From assembly GCF_000143415.4 (NCBI RefSeq), contig NW_003314361.1, positions 1 to 64,000 on the forward strand: a stretch of DNA of 64,000 bases, in the 5' to 3' direction. Source of the stretch: Selaginella moellendorffii (taxonomy: Eukaryota; Plantae; Lycopodiophyta). Position numbers and translations under genes: made by a program. The notes beneath the pieces were generated by a model that did not search any database, was not told where the DNA came from, and worked only from the letters and a program-made list of their open reading frames with translations. Of this stretch, positions 9,441 through 22,824 are shown piece by piece; position 1 is the stretch's first letter, and each line of letters begins with the position of its first letter.

Positions 9441-10890
9441 GCTCTTCCATGCCATGGCCTTGAAATAGGAGGAGATAACTTTCGTGCACATGTGGCAGTA
9501 CTTGGAGTCTGCAACCATGGCTTGAATCTCACTGCAGATTGCTTCAGCAGCATGTGTTTGCAAGGGCCGGGAAGCTGAAGGATTCCAAGGGGATGCTGGG
9601 CAAGAGGAGTGAGAGAGTCTGCTGGGAGCTTGTCGAATGTACTGGGATCTAAGCACTGCCTTGCAGATGGCACAGGATTTGGTGGTTGTAACAAGGATCT
9701 TTTTTCATATATAATGTTTGCAAAAGGTGGCAGTTAAGTTTTTGAAGTGTTTTGTAAAATTGGGAGAATGTTTTGATATATTTGAGTGTGTATTTCTTTA
9801 AAAGGAGTGGAAGCTTTAAAGACACAGCTTTTCAAAACTTGGTTTGTTTTTTTCTTTCTTTCTTTCTTTCTATTCTTGTTTTCATCTCTCATTTTTCAAA
9901 ACATCTATTTCCGATTTACCTGAAAATCAAAGGCCTACATATGAATGAATGAGTGTTTTGGAAGTTAGCTGTATAGTTCTCTTGTGCTATTTGACACATT
10001 TCTTGTCGCCATTTTCAATGGCGCTTTTGCAAATGCAGGAGGTAAGCTGTAGGTGTGTGTCTGACCTCATCTCCAGATAATGTAAATGCCAGAGAATACT
10101 TTTTCTGGTGTGTCTGCTCTTGGATCCAATGCTTGTGAAGGCGCTTGCGTTTTTCTTGCTCATCTGTCTCACGCTCACTGAATAATCATCCTCTGCCCCC
10201 TTAAGAACGCCTTAGCAGTTGATCCACACAACAAAACAAAAACGGCACTATAGTGTACCTGTCAGGTAAAACAAGGGTGAGTCAGCTTTCATCCATCAGC
10301 TAAGCTCTTAGTGATTGAGCTGAGCTCTTGTTATCTCAAGTTTGCAACAGCATAGTGAAAAAGGGAAAGGGAAAATATAGTACCTGAATGAAGGTGTGTT
10401 TGTCTGCTGTGTGTTTTTATTGCCTATCTCCTTTTCTTTGTTTTGCAGTTTCTCTTTCCCTTGTTGGTGGTCACCTGATTGGATCAAAGAGATCATTTTC
10501 GTGGAGTTGTTTGGCGTGCTTGCTATTGGCTGCATGTGCGCTACAGCTGGCTGGTATATGAGAGCTGCTGCTATAACGTATTGAGCTTACTTTCCACTCA
10601 TTACAGAGCTTGACCCAGGTGGGGCTTCAGGTCTACATTCAGGTCAACAAGCACCTAATGGCAGTGTTGAGAGCTTGTGGTTTTCACCTCCAGCTGCTTA
10701 AATTGAGTGAACCCGAACATTTGTGATTTGTTTGTTAAAAAAAAGGTACTGTGGTGGAGTCCTCCTGATCATCCGCTTAGCCGTAGCCATCTCTACCTAG
10801 AACAACAAAACAACAAACTTAGATAGTTCTCATAAGTTGCTAAATTAAGCCAACCTTTTATCATATTTACTCTTCAATGTTCTTGTACCG

Positions 10891-11188
10891 CATCAAAGGT
10901 GTCATTATAAACCCTAGATGAACAGCATTGGCTGTGATGTCAACTCTTTTGGCCTAATCAGTGAAAGAGAAAGCATTGATGAAAGAGAAAGGTGGGAGAG
11001 ATTTCAAAGCATTAGACGAATACCTTGAATCTCATTGCCATCAAAGGTGTCATTATAAACCCTGGATGAACAGCGTTTGCTGTGATGTCAACTCCTTCGG
11101 CCTAATCAGCGAAAGAGAAAACATTGGCAAAAGAGAAAGGTGGGAGAGATTTCAAAGCATTAGATGAATACCTTGAATCTTATTGCCA
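10891..11188 (+). repeat. Tandem duplication, 2 x 148 bp
   Basis: CATCAAAGGTGTCATTATAAACCC starts at 10891 and 11039. Confidence 0.9.
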
Positions 11189-11248
11189 GTTCTTTGGCGT
11201 GGAAAAAGTTCGCGAGCTTGGATTGACTGTATGCTCTAGTGTCGGAGT

Positions 11249-11796
11249 ACCTTTTGGAAGAAAAAAGGAATAATGTAAGCTCACTACAAAAGAGAGTTGT
11301 TTGGCATACCAGGTTTTGTCATTAAGGTGTGAGAACTGGATTCCACCGCTGTAAGAGGCAATATGTGCAACGGAGGAGAGATTGAACCTTTTGGAAGAAA
11401 AAAGGAATAATGTAAGCTCACGACAAAAGAGAGTTCTTTGGTGTACCAGGTTTTGTCATTAAGGTGTGAGAACTGGATTCCACCGCTGTAAGAGGCGATA
11501 TGCGTGACGGAGGAGAGATTGAACCTTTTGGAAGAAAAAAGGAATAATGTAAGCTCACGACAAAAGAGAGTTCTTTGGCGTACCAGGTTTTGTCATTAAG
11601 GTGTGAGAACTGGATTCCACTGCTGTAAGAGGCGATATGCGCGACGGAGGAGAGATTGAACCTTTTGGAAGAAAAAAGGAATAATGTAAGCTCACGACAA
11701 AAGAGAGTTCTTTGGCGTACCAGGTTTTGTCATTAAGGTGTGAGAACTGGATTCCACCGCTGTAAGAGGTGATATGCGCAACAGAGGAGAGATTGA
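11249..11796 (+). repeat. Tandem repeat, 4 x 137 bp
   Basis: ACCTTTTGGAAGAAAAAAGG at 11249, 11386, 11523 and 11660; the whole unit is conserved, with no variable spacers. Confidence 0.95.
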
Positions 11797-12505
11797 CAAA
11801 CACTTTCCTTAGTGGTCTCCTTCATTTTGTCCAGTAGCAAGTTTGTGAGAAGAAAATGGCCTAGACATCACAACAAGATAGAAAAGATACCTATGTATAC
11901 ACGGAAAATCATGGATTTCTTTTGATGAAGTCCATCACTTTGGAGGTGAGCTTCGAAGCATCATGCCAGGCATGGCCACTCACCATCTCCGGGCACAGAA
12001 ATGGCCGGAGTATGTGCCGTCCCAAAGAAGTGTGGACCAAAACTCAAGCAAATGGCAATATCTGGAGGAGCTCACCGCAATCTAAACCACACCTTTGATC
12101 ACCACCTTCACCACAGAAATGAAAATCCATGAGATGATCCAACTATAGTGGCTTGGAGCTTACCTGCGTTGAGCTTAGAGTTGTCAAGATATTGGCAGCT
12201 GCCATAAGAGCAAGCAATCCACTGTCGTCATGACCAACGAGCACGACCGATGAGAATTTTAGTTGCTGGCAAAAGCTCAGCAGCAAATCCACCTGCGAGC
12301 TCTAATCAGAGAAATCAAACAAGCAAGAACAACAGGAAAAAAATTCTTTTTTTTTTTTTCTAAACGACAATGAATAGAACACTCACTTGGGACTGGTGCT
12401 CGTAAGGATTGGGAAGACCATTTTTGTCACGGCCACTTTTTTTGCACGGCCGGCTCGTTAGTCCCCAGCCAGTCTGATCAAATGCAGCAAATAGAAAAAT
12501 TTCAG

Positions 12506-12656
<151 letters not shown>

Positions 12657-13795
12657 AGCTCACAATCTGCCCAATCGCCCTAAACTTTTTCTCTTGATTT
12701 GGATAGTCATTAAAAAATTGAAGAGTTGCCACCCCTTTGGCACTTGATCTATGCCATCTATTTGAAGTTTTTGAATTTGAACCGTTAGATTATAGGTATA
12801 TTCAGAAATAATATTCTAAAAATGGAATAAAAGACGCCAGATGCCATATGCCAATAGCACTATGATGATGATATTTAAATTTAACCTAATAATAATCTTA
12901 AGTAACTTTAACTGACTAACCAGACCATTTTGGATGCCTATGCATGTGGCAAGTGATCAAAGACAAAGATGAAAGCAGAGCTCTTTTGTTTTCGCGGGTT
13001 TACCTCAGATTAATATAACCATAAGCCCTAGGAGACATTTTCCCGAAGGAGAGCCCAGTTAAAGCACATGGGGTCCGAAGCCAGTGAAACACTTGGATTT
13101 TGGACAGCTTGTTGTCAAGTTGTGTCAGACAAACTCACAGTCTCTTTCTAAAACCTCAATGGCAGAAACTTATAAAAGGTGGATAGCAACATGCAGAAGC
13201 TGCTGCAAAACATCTTGCTCATCATGACAACAGACCTCGTATAGGTCACAAGCAACTTAGAGACGAGGTCTATTGTCATGATGAGCAACCTCTTCACAAT
13301 GTTGTAGAAACACCGCTGTGTAATATTTCAGCTTTGATTATGCTTGGTAAAGCAAAAGAGTCCTATTTAGATATCTTTGAAACCAATGAGACATACTATT
13401 CATTCTAAAAAGGTGCCAACTTCTTATAAAGCTTGCATTTTCTGCGACAATATGCAAATCCCAAGGACAAACACTCCTAAGGATAAACACTGCAAAAACA
13501 TTCCTTCTAAGATTAATTGTCAGCCATAGTCCAGCTTTATGTTACGTTCTTGAAGGGAACATCAAAGAAATGAATTTTGATCTTTATAGAAGATGCAAAA
13601 CAGAATCATTAACACAAAAAATATTGGCTACAAATAGAACTATATCACCAAACAACAGTTTTCCTATCTATTCCAGCAGAGCTAGATTCCTTGCTAGTTC
13701 TGTATTTATTCTACTCTGCCAGTTTCAATACTATTTTTGATCTACTTGCTGAACTACAGACGAGACCAAGGCTTAAACTGCATCCATGTTCATCG

Positions 13796-16158
13796 CTACT
13801 CTACCTCTTCGTCACTACTTACCTTCTTCCACTTCTGCTTCTGTTCATCGCTACTTGAAGAGGTTTTCCGCATCAGCTTCTTCCTCTTCAGGTTCTCTTT
13901 GCTATCACATTTTGGTCTTGGCCTGCGCCGTGAGCGTAGCTGTGAGAAGGGCCCCTCAAGTATGGCACATGCAGCACACTGCCTCCCAGGACCGCCACAG
14001 TCCTTCATAACCCCTGCGTCCAATATTGACTTCACGATTCTCTCTTTAGTTCCAGTTACCCATATCCGATGCTTCCGCGCCTTCGCCTGCAGGAATGCCT
14101 TCTTGCATTTATCGACCCAGTTCAGCACCGCAGGGTCCATTTTAGACCGCCTCTCCTTCTTGGACTGCTTGCTCTTCTCCATGGCCTCTTTTCTCTTCTC
14201 TTCCAGCTCCTCTAGCAACTTGCAATCTTCTTCCGTGATACCATCGGCGAAGGACTCCAAGAAAGTCGAAGCATGCAGCTGATACTCCATAGCATCCGCC
14301 TCTTTGTCCACGGGGTTCAAATCAACCTTCGTCGGGCTGAAGAAGGCATAATGCACCCGAAGTTCGTCCTCGCTCACGTCCGGTACCCACATTTGAACGT
14401 ATGACTTCTTCACAAACTTCTGTTCTGACTTTCGATGGTTCTTGGGGTTCATGGTTATCTGCCCAGCGATTATATGGACGACGCCTTCAGACTTGAACAC
14501 CACCACGAAATCTGTGTACTTGAAGAAATAACTATCCGGAAGTAGTACAACTCCCTGACCGTCCCGAAAGCCCTTAGCCTGCACCTGCTTCGGCTCTGCT
14601 CCCTCAAAAGGGAGTTTGGTGAATTCTCTCGGAACCTTGAAGTCCCCTAGCTTCATGCCTTTCTTACAAATCACTTCACCGATAAAAGTTTCAATCAGCC
14701 AGCCGAGCTCAGCCCAGTTCATACCCCTCACATCTGCCAGCCTTTGACGTGCGTAAGCCATCAAGACTTTGTTCCGATAGGCTGTAGACGCCAAGCGCCT
14801 GTTAACCTCCTCCATATGGATTCTTGCGATAAAAGGGGTGCAGAACTCCGTCACCGCCGTAAACGCCGGGAAAAGAACAGGCAGTTCCGTATATGGTAAC
14901 TCCGGGTCCAAATTCGCCATGTTCCTGCGTATCGCTTTCTTTAAATCTTGAAATTCCGGATCCTGTTTGTAGCGCCTCACAAGCATCTTCCACTCCAACC
15001 TCTGCAGGACAGAACGTTAAGGCCCTAGTTACAATAATTCACACGGTGCACTTACATGGCAGTACTCCTCAATTAGCTGGTTGGAATCAGTAGCAGAAGG
15101 GCCAGTGGCAGGAGCAGCAGCAGCAGAAGAATCAGCGGCAGAAGGATCAGTGGTGGCAGAAGGATTGCGCCAGATATCGTATAGCTCGTCAAGTTCAATG
15201 TACTTTTTTCGAGCACCTGAGACGCAACCTGTCAGGCTGTTGCAGTGGTTAACAAGAATGGAAAGTGACAACGGGTGGCATGCACCAAGGTCCTCGACAT
15301 CACCCCAGTGCTCAGGATAGTTCTCAAGAAACTTGCCAAGAACAGTTCCCGACAGGTACGCATCACGCTCTGCCTGTTTGACGAAGATAGTTAGCAAACT
15401 CCAATCTGAAGGCATCACATTACCTTCGTGAACATCTTGCTGATATTATATACTGTGGGACTACCTTGAAACCGAGATTCTTTCAATGCTTCACTGTTGG
15501 GTGAAAGGGCCTTCACCACGACATGTGCTTGCCCCCAAAGTTCGTCTGTCCATTTCCTGGCTGCCTTGCGCTTCTCTGCATCACTTCCGGTCCTCAGATC
15601 ATGACGCTCTTCCCCATCATCAGTCAACAGGACGATCCTTTCGCCTAGCCGCCTCCGACTTTCCAGAAATGCCTTAGCATCTTCCGGTGTTTCCATGTAG
15701 GCTATGGCCTCCTCCGCGCCTTTCTCGTTGCAGAACGTGAACAGTAGCACGTCACGGACCTGTTCAGCAACGGGATGATCCACATCCAAGTACCAAATAC
15801 ACACTACTCTGGTGATAGGATATCCGGGTTGTGGCCGCTTGTTGAACTCATCGAAAACTTTTATAAGCTCCCAGGCGAAGGCTCTCAACATGCTGCTTTT
15901 CCCCCCTCCCTTGGTACCTGTCAATATGAAAACGCCCCCCATGCTATCGCTGAGTAAAGGTTTCACAGCAATCCTAAAACCGATGTACTCCTCCGTGCTG
16001 CAAAATGCGAACTCGCGAGGAGGCCTCTTGATCTTGCACGAATCCTCCAAGCCCGGGAACGGAAGAGAAACCTTGGAGCCTTGATTGCGCAACTCTGCAA
16101 CATCTACTTCACGGGCCCTCGCCACTCGCGCCTTCTTCACCTTGCTCTCAAGCTCCAT
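13796..16158 (-). CDS. Crinkler/RHS-like P-loop NTPase plus REase-fold protein, 3 exons (16158-15424, 15373-15056, 15001-13796), about 752 aa
   Basis: Walker A GTKGGGKS and Walker B IVLLTDD; C-terminal PDSYFFKYTDFVV...IAGQITMNPKNH fits the CR-REase pattern (P..F...D...QIT...H). GT-AG introns 15374-15423 and 15002-15055 join the three ORFs in frame. Confidence 0.7.
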
Positions 16159-16188
16159 CTCTGCGCGGCGGCTAACCCTTAGTCTTAA

Positions 16189-18459
16189 ATATTTAAATTT
16201 AACCTAATAATAATCTTAAGTATGACTAACCAGACCGTTTTGGACGCCTATGCATGTGGCAAGCGATCAAAGACAAAGATGAAAGCAGAGCTCTTCTGTT
16301 TTCGCGGGTTTACCTCAGATTAATATAACCATAAGCCCTAGGAGACATTTTCCCGAAGGAGAGCCCACTTAAAGCACATGGGGGTCCGAAGCGGATTTTG
16401 GGCAGCTTGTTGTCAAGTTGTGTTAGACAAACTCACAGTCTCTTTCTAAAACCTCAATGGTAGAAACTTATAAAAGGTGGATAGCAACATGCAGAAGCTG
16501 CTGCAAAACATCTTGCTCATCATGACAACAGACCTCGTATAGGTCACAAGCAACTTAGAGACGAGGTCTGTTGTCATGATGAGCAGCCTCTTCACAATGT
16601 TGTAGAAACACTGCTGTATAATATTTCAGCTTTGATTATGCTTGGTAAAGCAAAAGAGTCCTATTTAGATATCTTTGAAACCAATGAGACATACTATTCA
16701 TTCTAAAAAGGTGCCAACTTCTTATAAAGCTTGCATTTTCTGCGACAATATGCAAATCCCAAGGACAAACACTCCTAAGGATAAACACTGCAAAAACATT
16801 CCTTCTAAGATTAATTGTCAGCCATAGTCCAGCTTTATGTTACGTTCTTGAAGGGAACATCAAAGAAATGAATTTTGATCTTTATAGAAGATGCAAAACA
16901 GAATCATTAACACAAAAAATATTGGCTACAAATAGAACTATATCACCAAACAACAGTTTTCCTATCTATTCCAGCAGAGCTAGATTCCTTGCTAGTTCTG
17001 TATTTATTCTACTCTGCCAGTTTCAATACTATTTTTGATCTACTTGCTGAACTACAGACGAGACCAAGGCTTAAACTGCATCCATGTTCATCCCTACTCT
17101 ACCTCTTCGTCACTACTTACCTTCTTCCACTTCTGCTTCTGTTCATCGCTACTTGAAGAGGTTTTCCGCATCAGCTTCTTCCTCTTCAGGTTCTCTTTGC
17201 TATCACATTTTGGTCTTGGCCTGCGCCGTGAGCGTAGCTGTGAGAAGGGCCCCTCAAGTATGGCACATGCAGCACACTGCCTCCCAGGACCGCCACAGTC
17301 CTCCATAACCCCTGCGTCCAATATTGACTTCACGATTCTCTCTTTAGTTCCAGTTATCCATATCTGATGCTTCCGCGCCTTCGCCTGCAGGAATGCCTTC
17401 TTGCATTTATCGACCCAGTTCAGCACCGCAGGGTCCATTTTAGACCGCCTCTCCTTCTTGGACTGCTTGCTCTTCTCCATGGCCTCTTTTCTCTTCTCTT
17501 CCAGCTCCTCTAGCAACTTGCAATCTTCTTCCGTGATACCATCGGCGAAGGACTCCAAGAAAGTCGAAGCATGCAGCTGATACTCCATAGCATCCGCCTC
17601 TTTGTCCACGTCCAGGTTCAAATCAACCTTCGTCGGGCTGAAGAAGGCATAATGCACCCGAAGTTCGTCCTCGCTCACGTCCGGTACCCACATTTGAACG
17701 TATGACTTCTTCACAAACTTCTGTTCTGACTTTCGATGGTTCTTGGGGTTCATGGTTATCTGCCCAGCGATTATATGGACGACGCCTTCAGACTTGAACA
17801 CCACCACGAAATCTGTGTACTTGAAGAAATAACTATCCGGAAGTAGTACAACTCCCTGACCGTCCCGAAAGCCCTTAGCCTGCACCTGCTTTGGCTCTGC
17901 TCCCTCAAAAGGGAGTTTGGTGAATTCTCTCAGAACCTTGAAGTCCCCTAGCTTCATGCCTTTCTTACAAATCACTTCACCGATAAAAGTTTCAATCAGC
18001 CAGCCGAGCTCAGCCCAGTTCATACCCCTCACATCTGCCAGCCTTTGACGTGCGTAAGCCGTCAAGACTTTGTTCCGATAGGCTGTAGATGCCAAGCGCC
18101 TGTTAACCTCCTCCATATGGATCCTTGCGATAAAAGGGGTGCAGAACTCCGTCACTGCCGTAAACGCTGGGAAAAGAACAGGCAGTTCCGTATATGGTAA
18201 CTCCGGGTCCAAATTCGCCATGTTCCTGCATATCGCTTTCTTTAAATCTTGAAATTCCGGATCCTGTTTGTAGTGCCTCACAAGCATCTTCCACTCCAAC
18301 TTCTGCAGGACAGAACGTTAAGACCCTAGTTACAATAATTCACACGGTGCACTTACATGGCAGTACTCCTCAATTAGCTGGTTGGAATCAGTAGCAGAAG
18401 GGCCAGTGGCAGGAGGAGCGGCAGCAGAAGAATCAGCAGCAGAAGGATCTGTGGTGGCA
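16189..18459 (-). pseudogene. Tandem duplicate of 12871-15157 (exon 3 and part of exon 2 of the CR-like gene), 5'-truncated
   Basis: Near-identical sequence; ORF 17094-18299 differs from 13796-14998 at about 10 residues. Homology stops at 18459, where a GC-rich unrelated sequence begins. Confidence 0.9.
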
Positions 18460-18735
18460 CTCCACGTGGGGCCAGCAAGGGCGCTTGGGGGTGGGCTGGC
18501 CAAGGCGCTTCGAGGCAGGCCAAATTCCTGTGCCAAATGCCTGTGCCAGGCATTTGGTGTGAGCCGGCGAAGGCGATTGGGGGCGGGCCGGTTCGCTGGC
18601 GAACCGGCCCGCCCCCAAGCACCTTGGCCAGCCTGCACCAAGTGCCCAGGCCGGGCACTTGGACTTGGCGCTTGGGGGCAGGCCGGTTTGCCAGCGAACT
18701 GGCACCTACGCCGAGTCCACGCCCCAAAGTCCCCG
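18458..18735. repeat. GC-rich hairpin cluster, probable transposon end (starts CACTC)
   Basis: Perfect 20-bp inverted repeat 18577-18596/18599-18618; further hairpins at 18533-18557 and 18638-18662; lies at the breakpoint of the duplicated gene. Confidence 0.5.
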
Positions 18736-18780
18736 CTTCTTATGCATTTTTAATTTATAATGAGTTTTTTTTTATTTTCA

Positions 18781-21700
18781 GAAATGGAAGCAACTACAAA
18801 AGGAGAAGGATGTTGGATCAAAGAGAAGACATGAGAAAGATGAGATCCAGGACAACAATCAAGTTGACCTTTAAATAGAGATTTCCACAGCGACAACTCT
18901 GCCGTCTTCGCAACCAGATAGCTCCAGTCTATATGCACCCCCACCACCGTCATTGATGCCACCACCACCATTACCACCATTACCACCTTCACCACCATTG
19001 CCACCTCTACCTTCATCACCACCATTACCACCACTGTCATCACCACCATTACCACCACTGTCATCACCACCATTACCACCACCACCGCCAGCATCATCAC
19101 CACTAGCAGCACGATTGTCATCACTACCATTGCAGCCACAACCACAAATGCCACTATTCTTAACATATTCGCAAAATATGGTAGGAACTAACTACATTAC
19201 GGAGCAGTGCCTAAGTGCGCCTAACGGGGGTGTTGGGCCCGAGCTGGGGGCTAGATATGATAATGGTGTTACTGGAGGTGTACTTGAAGCTGAAAGAGGA
19301 GTGGAGTTACCTGAACACATTGTAGACAAGCGCTTCCAAGAGATAGTTTTGAGAACCAAAGAGAAGGATATTCACACGACTCTGGAGTCTCTCAAGTGGG
19401 AATGCCTGGGAGACATAATCCGAGAAATCCCACTATGTCGATTCACTCAGATAAGCATCGTTCGGTCTACTTCACCACACTTTGTCAACATGGATAGCTA
19501 TAGTCTATACAAGCATAATGGCCTTGGGACAAACATAGGTATGTTTCTTGTTTCGGTCTTCAAGCCAGGAACAACAAATACCCTCTCAGTGTCACCGGAA
19601 ATCGAGAAGGTTTGGGATGACATTTGGAAAATGAAGTCTCGTGAATTTGACAACATGCTTATGAGCCATTTTGAGACTCAACAATTTGTGGGGAAAATGT
19701 TCTATATTATCGACGAGAATCATCGCTGGTGTGCGTGGATGAAGTGCATCAATGAATGCTTTTGAGACGATTTTGTGTATCACATTAATATTCCAATTGG
19801 ACATGTACATGCGAGAGGATCTCTAGATGTGGCAAAGCTTGTGATAGCTTGCCACAAAATTAATGCGTAAGTACTTATCCCTCTTCAATCACTTTTAACA
19901 ATTTGTGTTTTGCAGGTTGGGATAGTTTGCAGTGCAGAAACAAAGCCTAGTACATGATATTGAGCAAATTCGATTTCTTGCCAATCTTGACGAGGATGCA
20001 ATCCGCAGCCACTATAGTGATGATTTAGCATCACTTATTCAGCATTAACAAGGTCATTAAGATGCCAATAGATGGTACAAGAATCCAGTGGCTTTTATGA
20101 CAGCTGTGTGGAGTAAGGTATGTTCTTCCAAGTATACTTCTTATCATAGAATGTTTGTGTTGTCTTTAGCCATTGGTGAAGGTTAAGCAAGATGCATATG
20201 CACAATCGCATCAAGCTGAAAATGATCAAGAGCATTTAGCTGCAATTGACAAGAAAATCAACAACACAAAGAAGACAAAGGTAAAGAAATTACTTAGTGT
20301 GCCTGACCCTCGACACCCAAAAGAGTGGTTTGATATTATAATAAAGATTGCTTGTCATGAAAGTAAGTATTATTTGTGTTTACATGAAAGTTACTCACAA
20401 AAGTTATTTCTTAGTGGGCAAGACTCCAGATGAGATTATTTACAACATCTCAAAGTTAAAGCTTACATATGAGGAATAGATACACATTTTGAACGACCTC
20501 AATAGCAAACTAAGGGAAGGAGAAAAAGGTTTGGACAGTATGATGGAGACTGTAATGAGGAGGACCGTCTACATTTCACAAACTGTATATGAAGGGGAGA
20601 TGTTCCTAGTGCCTTTCATATGGGATGATCCTGAGCAACTTTCATTCAAGGAGTTTATCACCATTGAGCTTACAAACCTCAGAGAGGACTGGTTGCCAAA
20701 GAAGGCCACAAGCACGACTCCATTTGATAAACAACTTGGCCAACCTTACTTCATGCGTTGACCAGCTTTCAGGTAACATACAATTTCTTAACTATACTCA
20801 ATTTGTTTATATTTTATTATAGGTATCTTCAATATAGAGGCGTTCCTCTCAAAACACCAGTATGCATACGACTCCTGAGGCATGGTGTGAGAGATGGAGG
20901 CATGTACCCGACAATAATGAAGTTTCTAGCAGCAATAAAGCGAGCTTGTCCTTGGGAATTGGAGATGCCAGATTATGCACCAACCCACCAAGAGGTTGCA
21001 AGAGGCAACAATGAAGACGTGCCGGATGACAAAGATGATGGTCATGAGAATGTCGACATTGTTGATGCCAATGGCGAGGAGAGTGAAGATGGTGGTGAGA
21101 ATGACTTGCAAGAAATTCCTCAAGACGAAGTCCAACAAGAGAACCAGAACGTCCAAGAAGTTCTACCTCGATGAAAGCATGCAAATCCACATCTGGAGGA
21201 ATTAGTCAACAGTGATGATGATCGTCCAAAACGTCCCCATAACCGAGGAACTTCTCGAGGTATATTTCTCTTAATTCTCTCCTTTTCTTAGTTCCTCAAA
21301 ATGGTTGCAGCAAAAACTGTCGGGAGTAACTTCATTTCAGCTTGTCTTGATGCCTGAGAAGAGGACCTGGAGGAACTTACATCTACTATACGCCACATGA
21401 CAGTATGTAAATTTTTCTTACGTTCACATCTTATCTTTGTCTTCTCCCCCTAGATTCGCCCTATTTCTCTAGTGGCATTCCGTAGTGAAGTTGGGATCTT
21501 TATTGGCTCCTATAGTTCATTGATGGCATCTTTTGAAGAGGATGCTGAGAATATGGCTATCCGGCAAAAGTGGGAGCGTTTTTGTCAAAAGATCCATAGG
21601 CGACCGTTCAAGAGCACAAACTTCATGCTCTTTGACATGCCAGATGGTCTTCTAGACGCTAATGGTGATGTCCCAAGTTGGAACAACCTGACTAAAGACA

Positions 21701-22391
21701 ACTTGAAGAATGCATTCCTTTTGGTAGCAATTCTCCTTCACACAACCGGTCAAGTTGCCTTCATTCTCCCAAATGACCCCCATTGGATGTCCTGCCTTAT
21801 GAGGTATGCAAGTCAAGTCAACTTCAAGAGGTTCTCTTCCGGGTGCATCATGGATAAAGGCGTTCGGGTTAAGACCNNNNNNNNNNNNNNNNNNNNNNNN
21901 NNNNNNNNNNNNNNNNNNNNNNNNNNNNNNNNNNNNNNNNNNNNNNNNNNNNNNNNNNNNNNNNNNNNNNNNNNNNGTAAGAAATCATCTTCTGTTTTGG
22001 TTGTCTCTAAATGTTTATTATTCAGGTTATGATGTGGACTTACCATGTGTTCTGCAGAAGAGAAAATGATAGTTTTCGTGATAGTGAGCGTGCTGCAAGG
22101 GTTTTGCCAGGGTATGATAGCTTTATTGACATCATACCAAATCTCGTAGATGACAACATCCGCAACACATTGTCTGGGTATCAGTTCTAATCTCCATTAG
22201 TGATGCATGTCCTACTTGAGCTTTATTGCCCAACTAGGGGTGTTATCATCGATTGCACAGTAGGTAGCGGTTCGATGGTCGAAGCAGCACGTGACTCTGG
22301 TAGATCGGTGTTTGCGATTGAAGAATATGAATTCTTCAAACGCCGTCTTAGAGGTTTTTGTCCTTCTCTATCAGTTGCTTCTAGAAGGTAA
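18781..22391 (+). pseudogene. Multi-exon gene: Pro-rich N-terminus, ParB-like domain, beta-class N4/N6 DNA methyltransferase-like C-terminus (decayed)
   Basis: FYIIDENHRWCAW (ParB DGxHR-like); FMLFDMPDG (motif IV-like) upstream of LLELYCPTRGVIIDCTVGSGSMVEAARDSGRSVFAIE (motif X-I of N6_N4_Mtase). Premature stops and an N gap at 21877-21976. Confidence 0.65.
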
Positions 22392-22824
22392 TTTATGATG
22401 TTTTAAAAACTTATATATAATATATATTTAGTTTTCTAGAAGTCTTCCTAGGTATGCATGGCACATCATATATGCAATGTGTAAATTGAGGATTGCTATG
22501 AAAAATCTATTTATTAATGATACATTAAAAGACAATTGAATGCATCCACTTGCAATGAGAAAGATGTGTTACATGTCAATGTGATAATGATTGTGACTGT
22601 GACAATGTCAGTGCAGCAGATAGTGACAGTGATAGTGTTAGTGACAGAGACAGTGTCAGTGTTAGAGATGATAGAGTTACAATGTCAGTCTGTCAAATTT
22701 CATAATTACTAGTATTATGAGTTTATTATCTATAGGTAATATAATTTTGTTAATAAAAAAAAGGCGAGGGGAGAGGGGGGGATGGATATTATCATAGTGT
22801 AAAAATTATTAGTAGCTAGAATTT

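Noticed and set aside
11249-11796. 137-bp periodic array as a CRISPR
   Set aside because: The entire unit is conserved with no unique spacers, the context is eukaryotic and there are no cas genes.
18750-19166. Val/Met-rich membrane-like ORF on the minus strand
   Set aside because: Antisense shadow of a (CCA)n Pro-rich repeat.
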